Shown here: positions 13,371 to 25,205 of the stretch, piece by piece
How positions within the stretch are numbered: the stretch's first letter is position 1
Layout: each line of letters begins with the position of its first letter
Source of the DNA: Octopus sinensis
Taxonomy: Eukaryota
Length of the DNA stretch: 64,000 nt
NCBI RefSeq assembly: GCF_006345805.1
Contig: NC_043001.1
Coordinates: 126,666,001-126,730,000 of the forward strand
Direction: 5' to 3'
Notes under the pieces: model-generated
What the model was told of the DNA's origin: nothing
Databases searched by the model: none
Seen by the model: the letters and a program-made list of their open reading frames with translations, nothing else
Made by a program: the position numbers and the translations under genes

Positions 13371-14301
13371 GTTTAATTTTTCTTAGAGAAACACTCAATG
13401 TCTCTTCCTCCCCATCACCTACCAGCTTTCAAAAAGCTACAATCTCCCAATATTTCATTTTTTTCTGATGTTTCCTGCATGCGTAGAATTCTACTGAAAT
13501 AGTAGACTTTAAAAATACCAGACTACCACCAGAAAACCCGAAATGCTAGAAACAACAGGTAAACGACAATATTTCTGAAGAAACTTCCCCGTTTTCCAAA
13601 AAGCTAAAAGTGAAACATTGGGAGTGTGTAGCTTTTTGAAAGTGGTGAAGTGATGGATAAAATTCTTAAAAATTCGTACTCTCTTTTTTTCCCCGTGTAT
13701 TACCAAGAATAAAAAAATTTTTAAAGTAAAAAATGAATTTCGTATGGAGAGGGTGAAAATTAAAATATTGAGAACGTATTTTGTGGGTGAAATAGTAATC
13801 TTCTGTACCGCAAACATAGGAATCGGAAAAAATTTAGGAAAAAAAAAATAGTGGGGGGATGGAAATGTCACTTCGGACATGCTAGGAAGAAGAGATAAAG
13901 GACAGGATTTCCTTTTATGTTTATATCGAAGATCAGGTTTTTAAGTATGCTCATCATAAACTCAAATTACACAAAAGAAAAAGATCATTTCAATTGGATT
14001 TCAGCAGTAAATATGCGCGTGCACACTGCAAAAAAATAACATAATTCGCATACAAGTTTTACCTAGAGTGTGTGTATGTATGTCAAAGGAAGTTATTTTA
14101 TGGCATTCTTTCGTTTGAAGAAGCAAAGTTGTCAACTCAACATAGATGGGATCATATGATTGTTCGTTAATTCCTGTAAAATTGTTTTCATTTGAAGAGA
14201 GCAGAAATTGAAAGAGAGGATAAAATGAAAAGGCGATATTTGCTTTGAATCGAGAGGTTTAAATGTAAGATGTACGTGTATATGAAATGAACGTGTGTGA
14301 G

Positions 14302-14552
14302 AGCATCGCTTGCTTTCTTTCTCAATTAACACTATGTCTGGTTTCCTATTCTCTATCTCATGGTCGCACTGAATCATAAAACCCCACAGGATCTTTGCAT
14401 TATCATTTTCGATGATGCATTCGGGTTTATGTTTGGACCACTTTTTTGCTCTGTAAAGTCCATACTTGTTGTAAAGTGTCTAATGGACAATCCTTGCTAT
14501 GTTGTCATGGCGTCTCATATTGTTTCTGGGCTAGTGGCGTACACTGACTGGT
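14302..14552 (-). mobile_element. R4/Dong-like restriction-like endonuclease fragment abutting (ATT)n
   Basis: C.PLAQKQYETRHDNIARIVH..LYNKYGL..HKPECIIENDNAKILWGFMIQCDHEIENRKPDIVLIEKESKRC. Confidence 0.85.
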
Positions 14553-14558
14553 AATATG

Positions 14559-14559
<1 letters not shown>

Positions 14560-14648
<89 letters not shown>

Positions 14649-14660
14649 CATTATTATCCT
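14560..14660. repeat. (ATT)n microsatellite
   Basis: Near-pure ATT run. Confidence 0.95.
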
Positions 14661-14680
14661 TATCCTTATCATCATCATCA

Positions 14681-14875
14681 TGGCAGTGAGCCGACAGACT
14701 CGTTAATACGTTCGACAAAATACTTTTAAGTTCTGAGCTCGAATCCCACCAAGGTCAACTTTGCCTTCCATTGTTTCTGACACGATAAAATAAAATTCCC
14801 GTCAAGTATTGTGTTCGATGTAATGGCCTAACCTCTCCCACTAAAATTGCTGGCCTTGCACCAACATTTTAAACA
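14681..14875 (+). mobile_element. Degenerate tRNA-derived SINE
   Basis: GGCAGTGAGC..GTTCTGAGCTCGAATCC..GTCAACTTTGCCTTCCAT matches the SINE family body. Confidence 0.6.
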
Positions 14876-15173
14876 ATTATTATCATGCGTCACCGAAAAC
14901 AGAGTCTTCTCATTAGGTATTCATTTAAATGTAGTTTGGTTTCGTAGGATAAAAGTATTTTCCTTTCTAGTCAATTTATGAAGAAAACATTTCAAATGGC
15001 AGCCATTTTGTATCACCAAAAAAATTGTCATTGTGCCGAAATAAAATATAATAAAACATCAGAGAAATGTATTTTCTAAACAATAGAAACATCTATGAAA
15101 CATTATCGCTCTCTCTCCCTCTCTTTCTTTTCTCTCTCTGTTTGCCTATCTGTCTGTCTGTCTGTCTCTCTAT

Positions 15174-15241
<68 letters not shown>

Positions 15242-16323
15242 ATGTGCGTGAGTATGTTTGTGTGTCTGTGTGTGTTTACGTGTGTATCTTTGCGTGATCA
15301 TGTTTACTGGAACTAGCAATATCATTTTTAGTTATACACAATTGTCATGTCTACTTTAAATCACATGCCTTAGCGCAGTAGAATAGGGGATAAATTCTTT
15401 GTAAACCGATCCTACGAATCGGCTTCCATTTCCGGTTAAATCTGTTTCGATCCATTTACCTCAATAACTCCCTTAATAAAGCGTATTCACCTTACAACTT
15501 CCGGTATTCCTTTACTCTGAAATCAATATAGCTGATGAACACCCACTGAGAAATATCTAGACCTGGATGGTCCAACATAGATTCGTAGGATAAATAATTA
15601 TTTGTCTACGATTAGGGACTCGTTAATTTAGATATTTTATTTCGCATACAACAATTTGGCATCGACTGCCAGGATATGTTATTTTTAGCCACCAAAACCT
15701 AGGTTTTTATTTTGCTTTCCTTTACCTACATTTAGGAGGAAATTCCTCTGTTTAGTTAATTCTACTCTGGGGATTTATTTAATTGCAATTAAGTATTTGC
15801 AAGAATAAACAACAGTGTTTGCGTTTTGTTTTGCTTTTTGATTGGATAACGGAATACTAAATACAATATTTCACTTGAGAATTGACTTTCGTTTTCGCCA
15901 ACCAACAGACATGGCTAACGATTCTGTTTTTAGACAGTTTTCGGGTATTCCATGATGGAGTGCAGTATTGATCCGATTTGAACCCGCACCTCCATTTCCG
16001 TTTCTTTTATTTTAATAGTTTCAGTCACTGAGCTGTAGCTATGATGGTGTACTGCTTGACGTATTTAGATATTTACTCGATCAAATGAATGGTGGGTAAG
16101 TTGGTGCCATCAATTCTAGTACGAGGTCTTTATTTTATCGGACCCGAAAGGACGGAAGGCAAATTTGTCCCCGGTTTGTACTGATCACAGAATGTAAATT
16201 TGGTACAAATACCTCAGCACATTTTGTTCGATGCGCCAGTGATTCTACCAGCTCGCTGCCTTTAATATTTACTAATTTAGGTATGATGTCTGAAATTTTG
16301 AAGGGAGAATGTTAGTCAATACC

Positions 16324-16556
16324 TATTTCTTTATTACCCACAAGGGGCTAAACATAGAGGGAACAAACAAGGACAGACATAGGTATTAAGTCGATTACAT
16401 CGACCCCAGTGCGTAACTGGTACTTAATTTATCGACCCCGAAGGATGAAAGGTAAAGTCGACCTCGGCGGAATTTGAACTCAGAACGTAACGGCAGACGA
16501 AATACCGCAAAGCATTTCGCCCGACGTGCTAACGTTTCTGCCAGCTCGCCGCCTTC
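16324..16556 (-). mobile_element. Young tRNA-derived SINE with 16-bp TSD, inserted in an older SINE
   Basis: AATGTTAGTCAATACC at 16308-16323 and 16557-16572; flanks (~16275-16730) form a degenerate related SINE. Confidence 0.9.
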
Positions 16557-17519
16557 AATGTTAGTCAATACCATTCACTTCAGCACATGAGTGGCAATTT
16601 ATTTTATCGATCCCGAGAGAATGAAAGACAAGGTTGTTATCGGCGGGATTTGACTCAGAAAATAAAGGGCCGGAAGAATCACTGCAAGTCATTTTAGTGA
16701 CGATCTAATAATTCTATCAATCCACTGACCCTGTAATTTCCTTATAATAAATTCTACCTTATTTATTTATAATAATAACCTAATGATCCATAATGCATTA
16801 ACAAATCCACAAATTTAGAGGTGAGATACATTATTCATTAAATCATAGCTATTTATAAACCTATCTTAACAATTTGTATTGCTTTCTTCCTGCAGATGGC
16901 GTCTATGAGTAATAAGTTGTTTCATGTTTCTATTTCTGTACATCAGCGAAAAATACATAGTTATACATTTACATACTGATTCTTCCATCGCTAACTGGGC
17001 AAAAACGGTGAAGTGTTTATGCTGCGCTGAAGACTTTATAACTAAGGCAAAAAATGTCCCAAGTTGTTTCCCTTACTTGCTAAAGAATTCAAAACTATAT
17101 TAACTTATTTTTATCGATGACTAGCATTTCTTTGTTTCTTAATATTAACTGAATTTCTTAATATTAACAGATAACTAACATTTCTTTGTCTATTTCTTTT
17201 TTGTCGGTACCGTATAAACTAACAATTTGATTCTCCTTGCATTAAATATATCACCACTAACTTAACTATTATTTGTTTGTTTAATTATTTTCTTATGCGG
17301 ATGGCGTCTAAGAGTAATTTATTGTCTAAACATTCTTATTTTATCTACCATCGAAGGGTGAAGACACAAATTTGAGACAGGTGTGATTCGAATTCAGAAG
17401 CAAAGCATTCGAAGCAAAACAGAATATAATAATATACACGGTGCCCAAATGTCTCCGTTGTATAATTTGAGATTTCATTCATCTTTCACCAGCCTAGCAT
17501 TCGCTCTCTTTTAACTGAT

Positions 17520-17869
17520 TTCTTTGTTGCTGCTGCTGTTGTTGTTGTTGTTGTTGTTGTTATTGTTGTTGTTGTTGTTCTGTTGTGGTTGTTGTGGTTG
17601 TTGTTGTTGCTGTTGTTGTTGTTGATGATGATGATGTCGATGATGATGGTGCTGATGCTGATGTTTGTATGGAATTGTTCTCGTTTTACTGACTTTTTTT
17701 CTGCTCTACTTCAATTCTAAAATGGTAAGCCAAATGCGTCTACAGAGTGATGATCATCAAGGAGATATGCTCTTCCGCATATTCTTGATGATGATGATGA
17801 TGATGATGGTTGTGGTAGTGGTGGTGGTGGTGGTGACGACGGTGAAGAAGAGAAGAAGAAGAAGAAGAA

Positions 17870-17909
<40 letters not shown>

Positions 17910-18060
17910 TGGGGGAAGAGGAGGAGGACGACGACGACGACGATAATGGCGGAAACAAGAAGGGCAGCAATGATGTCTTAATTTTCTTCATTGTTGTTAA
18001 TCGTCGTCGTCGTCGTTGTCGCCCTTGCCATCGTCGTCGTCATCATCACTGTCATTAGCA
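17520..18060. repeat. Compound trinucleotide microsatellites (GTT, GAT, GAA, GAC, GTC)
   Basis: Direct reading. Confidence 0.9.
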
Positions 18061-18069
18061 GCAGCACCA

Positions 18070-18399
18070 ATAAGAACGTGGACGACAATAGACCCATATC
18101 TAAAAGACATGGGTCTATTCTTACGTCATCGCACAGGGGTCCTACCTGCAAGACCCCCATGCTGAGAGCTAGTCTCTCAGCATATTGTACGTCAGTAACA
18201 TTGCCGTCCGGCTGAGTAATCGTCGAAATGACCTGTCACGGATGCCTAGGGCGTTCAGTGCCACGCTTGCAGGGCGGCACCAGGCACCACAGGCACCGAT
18301 TGGGAGTCCATGCACCTCCACCGGCCGATCAAACTCTTGCAATAGCAATTGTATGAGCGGTCGTGGACGTTGAGGTGACCATCCCGGTAACAGATGTGG
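18070..18399 (-). mobile_element. 3' end of an R2/NeSL-like RLE non-LTR retrotransposon with structured 3' UTR
   Basis: Minus frame ..RPVEVHGLPIGACGAWCRPASVALNALGIRDRSFRRLLSRTAMLLTYNMLRD* (stop 18169-18171) resembles the G(A)RG.W...L..LG C-terminus of R2-type ORFs; three hairpins follow. Confidence 0.55.
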
Positions 18400-18478
18400 T
18401 TACGACGAACACGATGATAATGATGATGAGGAGGAAGAGGGGGAAGAGGAGGAGGTGGAGGAGGATTATGAGGTTCAA

Positions 18479-18521
<43 letters not shown>

Positions 18522-19584
18522 CTGTCATTTGCTAATAATACGTGATGATAGCGTTATCTTTAACTGGATGCTCTTGATCAGACCGTTCGAGATTGCTTAT
18601 GCGTGCAGTTTATTTTTATAGAACTGTATATACGTGTGTATGTGTGCGCTAGCGGGAATGTGTTTATGTGTGTGTGTGTGAAGGAGGGAATGAGGCAGGT
18701 AGATATTCCCATAACACTCATTACTTCCCGGGTTCAAGCCAACCGCGAGAGACTTTATGCATGTGTTTTCTTCCATAGACCTTCGAGTGAAGCTAAACTC
18801 CATTAATAAAACTGAGTAGATGAAAACTATATGACACAACCAGGCCTGTCGCGAAAATTTTGTGCTGGGCGTGGATATGTCTCAGAATATTTTAGATAGA
18901 CACTCATTTTTAATAATGCTAAAGCAGAGTTTCGAAATAAGTGTATCAATGTAAACCTGAGGGGGCACCATTGAACAGTGATGGAGCAGTGCCGTTCAGT
19001 GCAACCCGCAGCCATGTGCATGGGAACACAGCCGGATGGAGTTTATTTGTAATTTAAATGGTACAGCCACGCCACATACATTCTGTCACGCACATTCTGA
19101 CTGCGAATTATGTTAAGGATATACAGTTACACATGTCTGTGGAATACTCAACCACTTAAAATATGATAGAACATAAACCGCACTTGTAATTCAAAGGATC
19201 CACGCTTCTTTTGCTAGAGGCTACACATGTATGCGGCTACACGCTAATATTTAATCGGTAGGTAGTTCAGTTACACAAATATTTAAAACAGTCATAGTCG
19301 ATACCGACGGAAGACCTGTTCCCTCCTTTTTTTTTTCTGTTTATTACATATTGAAAGAAATATTTCTTGTTACATATTGAAATAAATAAATGTGTATGTC
19401 CGGCTTTGTACATGTGAGTCAGTATTTATGTCTACGAGAGTGCAGATATCTGCTTCTCATGGTATTAGAGTTTACGTATGTATGTAAATAAGTAGGACGT
19501 ATATTTTATATACAACCATATAAACATACATACATCCATGCAAGCATACAAACACGCATACATGCATACATATAAATAAATGTA

Positions 19585-19617
<33 letters not shown>

Positions 19618-20281
19618 ATACATACACATATATACAAATATATACATATACACATATATACAAATAAATACATATACACATATATATACAAACATATACT
19701 TATATGTATGTATGTATATATATATATATGTGTGTGTGTGCATATATATATATATATATGCATACACACACACGTGTGTGAGCAAGTGTTTGCCTCTGTG
19801 TGTGTGTGTGCATAAATTAACTGCATTAAAAAATATCAGAGAATAAATATTTGGAAATAAGTGTATATATTACCGGGACCGATCGCATTTCTCTGTGGTC
19901 TGGCAGAGTAGCTTTGTAGAGGGCACAGCAAGAAGTTTCATCAACTGGAATTAAATGACGAACGACTTCAAGATTTCCGGATTAAATATGCTCGCATGAG
20001 TAAAGCCTCTAGATATCAAAATTCGTCGAAGCTACAAGGAAATACAAAACAATCTATACGTAGGATTGCTATTGCGAAAACAACTTCTACAAATATTTTC
20101 ATTAACGTATTCACAGCAATCAATATAAATATTTATTTTAACATACACCGCGAAAGCTATGTTGGGAGTTTACAAGAATAAGATATATAATTAAGTTTTC
20201 AGATGTATTGAGTTCTCTAGTAGATTCCTACATTAGAATGCACATTTTGATGTATTTTGAAATATATTATGTGTATGCGTT

Positions 20282-20324
<43 letters not shown>

Positions 20325-20656
20325 GGGAGAGAAAGTGAAATTAAGATAAAGAGAAAGCGTTTGTATGCATGTACATGTGTATGCACGCATTTCTGGTTTC
20401 TGCAGATTCTAGCTAATTCTATATTCCGCTTTAAATGTTACCACGATTTGCCGTCAATTCTCGGTTACGCATGTGTCCTATTTGTCTGCATGTGTGTACA
20501 TATGTTTGCATGTACGAGTGCATTTACACAAACACACACACACATATACCCATTTTTATGTACGCATGTATTACAGCTGTTATTTGAAGCGATACTGCGT
20601 TCAAAATCTGCTCCCTTGTCCGTAAAATACACACACACACACTATTTCTCTTCGAT

Positions 20657-20758
20657 TTCTCTTTCAATTTCAGAATTACAACTATTAGCGGTTTGAGTTT
20701 GGCTGTTCTTTCTAGTGAGTCGAATGTCCTATTATGGCCATTCCTTATATTTTTGAAT
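20657..20758 (+). mobile_element. Dispersed 3' tail of the 36838-37280 hammerhead element family
   Basis: Matches 37176-37275 and, inverted, 36730-36837; ends in (TA)n. Confidence 0.8.
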
Positions 20759-20794
20759 ATATATTATATATATATAATATATATATGCATCTAC

Positions 20795-20886
<92 letters not shown>

Positions 20887-20897
20887 ATATATATATA

Positions 20898-20983
<86 letters not shown>

Positions 20984-21559
20984 TACATACATACATATAT
21001 ATATATATACACATATACATATATAGGTATATATACATAGCTATGTATGTAAATTTGGATATGGAATTGAGAACTGTCTTGGTTAATATCTACGCGATAC
21101 GTTTGTTATGCTTATTCGTTTGTGTGTATGCATGTATATGCAAACACACAGAAGCAGACGCACCCCCCCACACACACACATGTATGTCTATGTATAAGTT
21201 GGTGGCTCATTGTGGATCGACAATGAAGATTCAGTAGGTCGATTAACTGTATTTTGTTCTCCTGGAGTAAGACACTGTGCATTCGCCAATCGGGTGTAAC
21301 CGTAATGTAATTCTCAGACAGTTTCAACATGACAATGTGTGACGAAGTTTTATCTTTTTATTTCCAGGCTCAGTCTACCTAACGGTCTCATATACTGTTT
21401 CTGTTTGTTCAGTTTTACTTACAGAATATGGGTCGATCTGAAGCTATAGGAAATATTTGTCCATGATTCTACGCTTGGGAATCGAACTCAGGAGTCAAAT
21501 CAACTGGTTGGTCTGTTTCGGTGGACTTTAGGTTTGAACGATGGAAAGCCTTGGGTCAA

Positions 21560-21684
21560 CAGTGTAACAGCGTGGCCTCTGTCACCATATCGTATCCCTT
21601 TACAGCAGTGCTGATTATTTCGATGTGCGTAGTTTGTGCCTTGATGTCCGATACTATTACGCTGACGTCCTCCGCATATGACCA
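21560..21684 (-). mobile_element. Tx1/L1-like reverse transcriptase scrap
   Basis: WSYAEDVSVIVSD..HIEII..VKGYDMVT; YAED (YADD-like) at 21667-21678. Confidence 0.45.
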
Positions 21685-21756
21685 TATCTAAATATCACTT
21701 CTAAATCACTTGACCATATGGTCATAGGCTCCTCTCTCCCCTTCCCTCTGTTTCTT

Positions 21757-21793
<37 letters not shown>

Positions 21794-21882
21794 ATTTATA
21801 TATATTCAATATGTGACAGCGTGTGTATTGTTGGAGATTTTCTTTCTCCGTCTTCCCTTCCTTGGACCTTTCCTTTTTCTAT

Positions 21883-21917
21883 GTTTCTGACGAAGAGCTC
21901 CGCTTGAAACGTTAAAT
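21883..21917 (+). ncRNA. Minimal type I hammerhead in a short Penelope-like terminal fragment (~21810-22015)
   Basis: GTTT CTGACGA A GAGC-TCC-GCTT GAAA CG T T AAAT; flanked by (TA)n. Confidence 0.7.
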
Positions 21918-22010
21918 CCTCCTTCTGTCTTTCCTTTCTGAGCGTCCAATAACACTATACTTGTTCCACGTCCTCGCGTTGTGTGTTTTCTCTTTGTTCA
22001 TGTTTGGAGT

Positions 22011-22083
<73 letters not shown>

Positions 22084-22101
22084 CATATATATATATATCT
22101 T

Positions 22102-22167
<66 letters not shown>

Positions 22168-22500
22168 CGCTTATACATACATATATGAGATAGAAATTTG
22201 GTTGTTAATTCCACGTGATTGAATACACAAGGAAAAAGAAAAGATGAAAAAGCACAGAAGATTTGTTTTACATGACTAAAGAATGTACTGGAATCATCAT
22301 ACCAAAAGTATTATACAATATTATACAAAATAAGACTTTTTTCTGACAACGTAATATAACCGGTTTCGCTAACGCTTGTAAAATACTGTATAATACGTTT
22401 GATTTTATGATTCTAATATATTCCTTATTCGTGTAAAACAAATTTGTGTTTTTTCATCTTTTCTCTTTTCTTGTATATTTATATGTGTGTGAGTGTGTGT

Positions 22501-22532
<32 letters not shown>

Positions 22533-23073
22533 ATGCATGTACAAGACAAGACATAATGGTCATTACATTTTTTTCCTTTATTGTAGTAAGGTTGATAACC
22601 AGAAATGACTCTGACGAAAACAGCATTAATTTTCTAGATCGTTCAATTTTTTTTCACCGATCAATGGGTCGATTGAGTAATCCTATTAATGACGAACCTG
22701 TAATTACAATTGGACACAGTGGTAAGTCAAATTTACTACAATAAAGAAAATAGTCTGATACTGGGGCATTTGCAGGCGTCTTAAATTTGACCAGCTTACT
22801 CACCGACTTCCTTCCCTTACATTTAAGAACTATAATTTCATAGTGTTGTGTAAACAAACAAACATGTTCGTTATATATAGAAATGGTATAAATATATAGA
22901 AATGTTGTAAAAAACTTATATGTCCCGAAGTTAAACTATTTTCTTTAGCCAATATCATGGCGAATGTTTGTAAGTTTAAAGCTTAGAGTTATTATTATTA
23001 TTTACAGAATTTTCACTTGTCACAGTTTCTCTAACGTAGAATACATACATACATCATACATACATATATACAT

Positions 23074-23104
<31 letters not shown>

Positions 23105-23277
23105 TATATTCATATATATATATACATACATATATATATTACTTATCTGTTTATTTACATGTATATTTGCTTATTTCATTCGTTTATTTGGATCACTTAC
23201 ACACATGATTGAAATCAATTAATAAATGTATATAATTGAATGTTTACAGGCTGATGTTTGTCGATTATCCTCTCCAT

Positions 23278-23313
<36 letters not shown>

Positions 23314-23357
23314 TATATATATATATACATACATACATACATACATACATACATACG

Positions 23358-23412
<55 letters not shown>

Positions 23413-23550
23413 TATAGATATATGTGCCCCAGCATGACCACAGCTCGTGAGCTGAAACTAGATAATAAAATAAAATAAAATAAATAAATAAAAATATAGA
23501 CACACACGCACACTCGATAGAAAACGGAATGAACTGCATTCTTTACTTAA

Positions 23551-23657
23551 AATACACTACAATTGTTTCGGCTCATTTTTACACTCGTACATCGGTGAGA
23601 TTTTTTGTAATCGTTATCGTCCATCAAAGATGTAAAAGTGCGCCTCCTCAGGTGATT
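23551..23657 (-). ncRNA. Type I hammerhead with long stem II, GUA site
   Basis: AATCAC CTGAGGA GGC...TTTTACA..TGTAAAA...GCC GAAA CAATTG T A GTGTATT. Confidence 0.8.
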
Positions 23658-25074
23658 ATGTAAATACGTCCATCATAAGATTCTACTGTTATTTCTCTGA
23701 GTGTGAAATGACCGTAGGATACTACGGAATTCCAAAAGCATATCCACCAAGAAGAAAATTCCTGGCGTATATATAATAGCAAGACTGTTTCCTCCGTACA
23801 TGACATCAGGTAGCCAATATCAGTGGACGAGCTTTGCATCACATACTCAAATCTTTTCAACTATATATACATATACACATATATGTAAGAATACATATGT
23901 TTCTTTATCATGTATATAATATGAATCTTTTTACATAAGACAGATTTTTATGTGTATGTATACATACATATATGTACATGTGCGTCTGTGTCTGTTTTGT
24001 GTGCGCATGTATGTGTGTACGTGTATTTGTGTCCCTGTGTATGTGTGTGCGTACGTATGTCTTTGTTGCTGTATGAAAGTTTTTTTCAAATTTTGAGTAC
24101 TATGTCTGTTAATCCTATATATATATAAAATAGCCAATAGCCAATTTGCTGGTAGGTGTTATAGAATTTCCTGAGGGCGAATGCATCACTTTGTCGGTGA
24201 CTTTGTCTGTTTCGTTTTTTTCTTTTTAACTGCCTGAAACGAAATTCTGTTCTCTAAACAGAAGGTTCTGAAGCAGAAAACTTTCTGTGAAGTAACATCA
24301 CGTATATTTCATATATATCGTGGACCGGAAGTTAAGTTTTCCTGTAATATTTTGCATTCTTTAGACTTAACACCACGGTTCCAAATATTTTTTTTAAAAT
24401 AACATGAATAGTTGCCGAACTATTAGTTGTCAGAATTACGATTAATCATGATGTACTCTACGGAGTATGTTTTATTCCGCCTAGTACTCTCATGCACATA
24501 TATATGTATGCATATGTGTGTACGTGTGTGATTGGGGATACTTCCACGCTTAAACGTGTATATATCTGTGGACACACGCGCACACACACACATTTTATTT
24601 TCAAAATGTAACCCAAGTAGAATAAGATAGATAAATTATTTTCTAAAATCAGAATTAACGTGCAAATATCAAAAAGAAGGGGTGATAATTTGATATTGAT
24701 ATACACTAACGGAACGGAAAAAATAGAACATAATCGGTATTGTTAAACGTGTTCAAAATGTATCTCATAATATTCACGTATAGATAACTGATGTGTCTCG
24801 CTGAAAGGAGGGGTTCTTAGCAATGAAGAACGAATAAAGTAGGAATATGCAAATCTTTATAGGCAACACAGCGAATGTACAAACGTAACTGGAGTTGCTC
24901 TATATTCTTGCTTTTTATAATAGAAAATTACCCTAGAGGTACAAATCCGTGCAAGGTTGTTCATAGAAGACCATCAGCCGCCCATGCATACCAGCCTCCC
25001 CGCCACCAATGTTATCCAAGGAAAAGGCAAAGGTCAATAAAGCTTAGTACCAGTGATGTAGTAACTAATTTCTA

Positions 25075-25205
25075 CAGCTGAATGAACTGGAGCAACGTGA
25101 GATAAAGTGTCTTGCTCAAGAACACAACACACAGCCCAATCAGGGAATCAAACTCACTACCTCATGATTGTGAGTCTGACACTCTAACCACTGCCCCATG
25201 CGCTT
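25075..25205 (-). mobile_element. tRNA-derived SINE fragment (GTCTTGCTCAAG core)
   Basis: Inverted match to head and core of 50775-51097. Confidence 0.6.

Noticed and set aside
15522-15560. CTGATGA..GAAATATC; likewise isolated cores near 2933, 12408, 17030, 22610, 28600, 38785 and 61780
   Set aside because: No supporting stems; chance matches are expected in 64 kb
16891-17318. 23-bp imperfect direct repeat containing GATGGCG (YY1-like) about 405 bp apart
   Set aside because: Too short and lacking context to claim a regulatory role
19926-20181. Open non-repetitive frame (..HSKKFHQLELNDERLQDFRIKYARMSKAS..) as a host exon
   Set aside because: No recognisable homology and no partner exons
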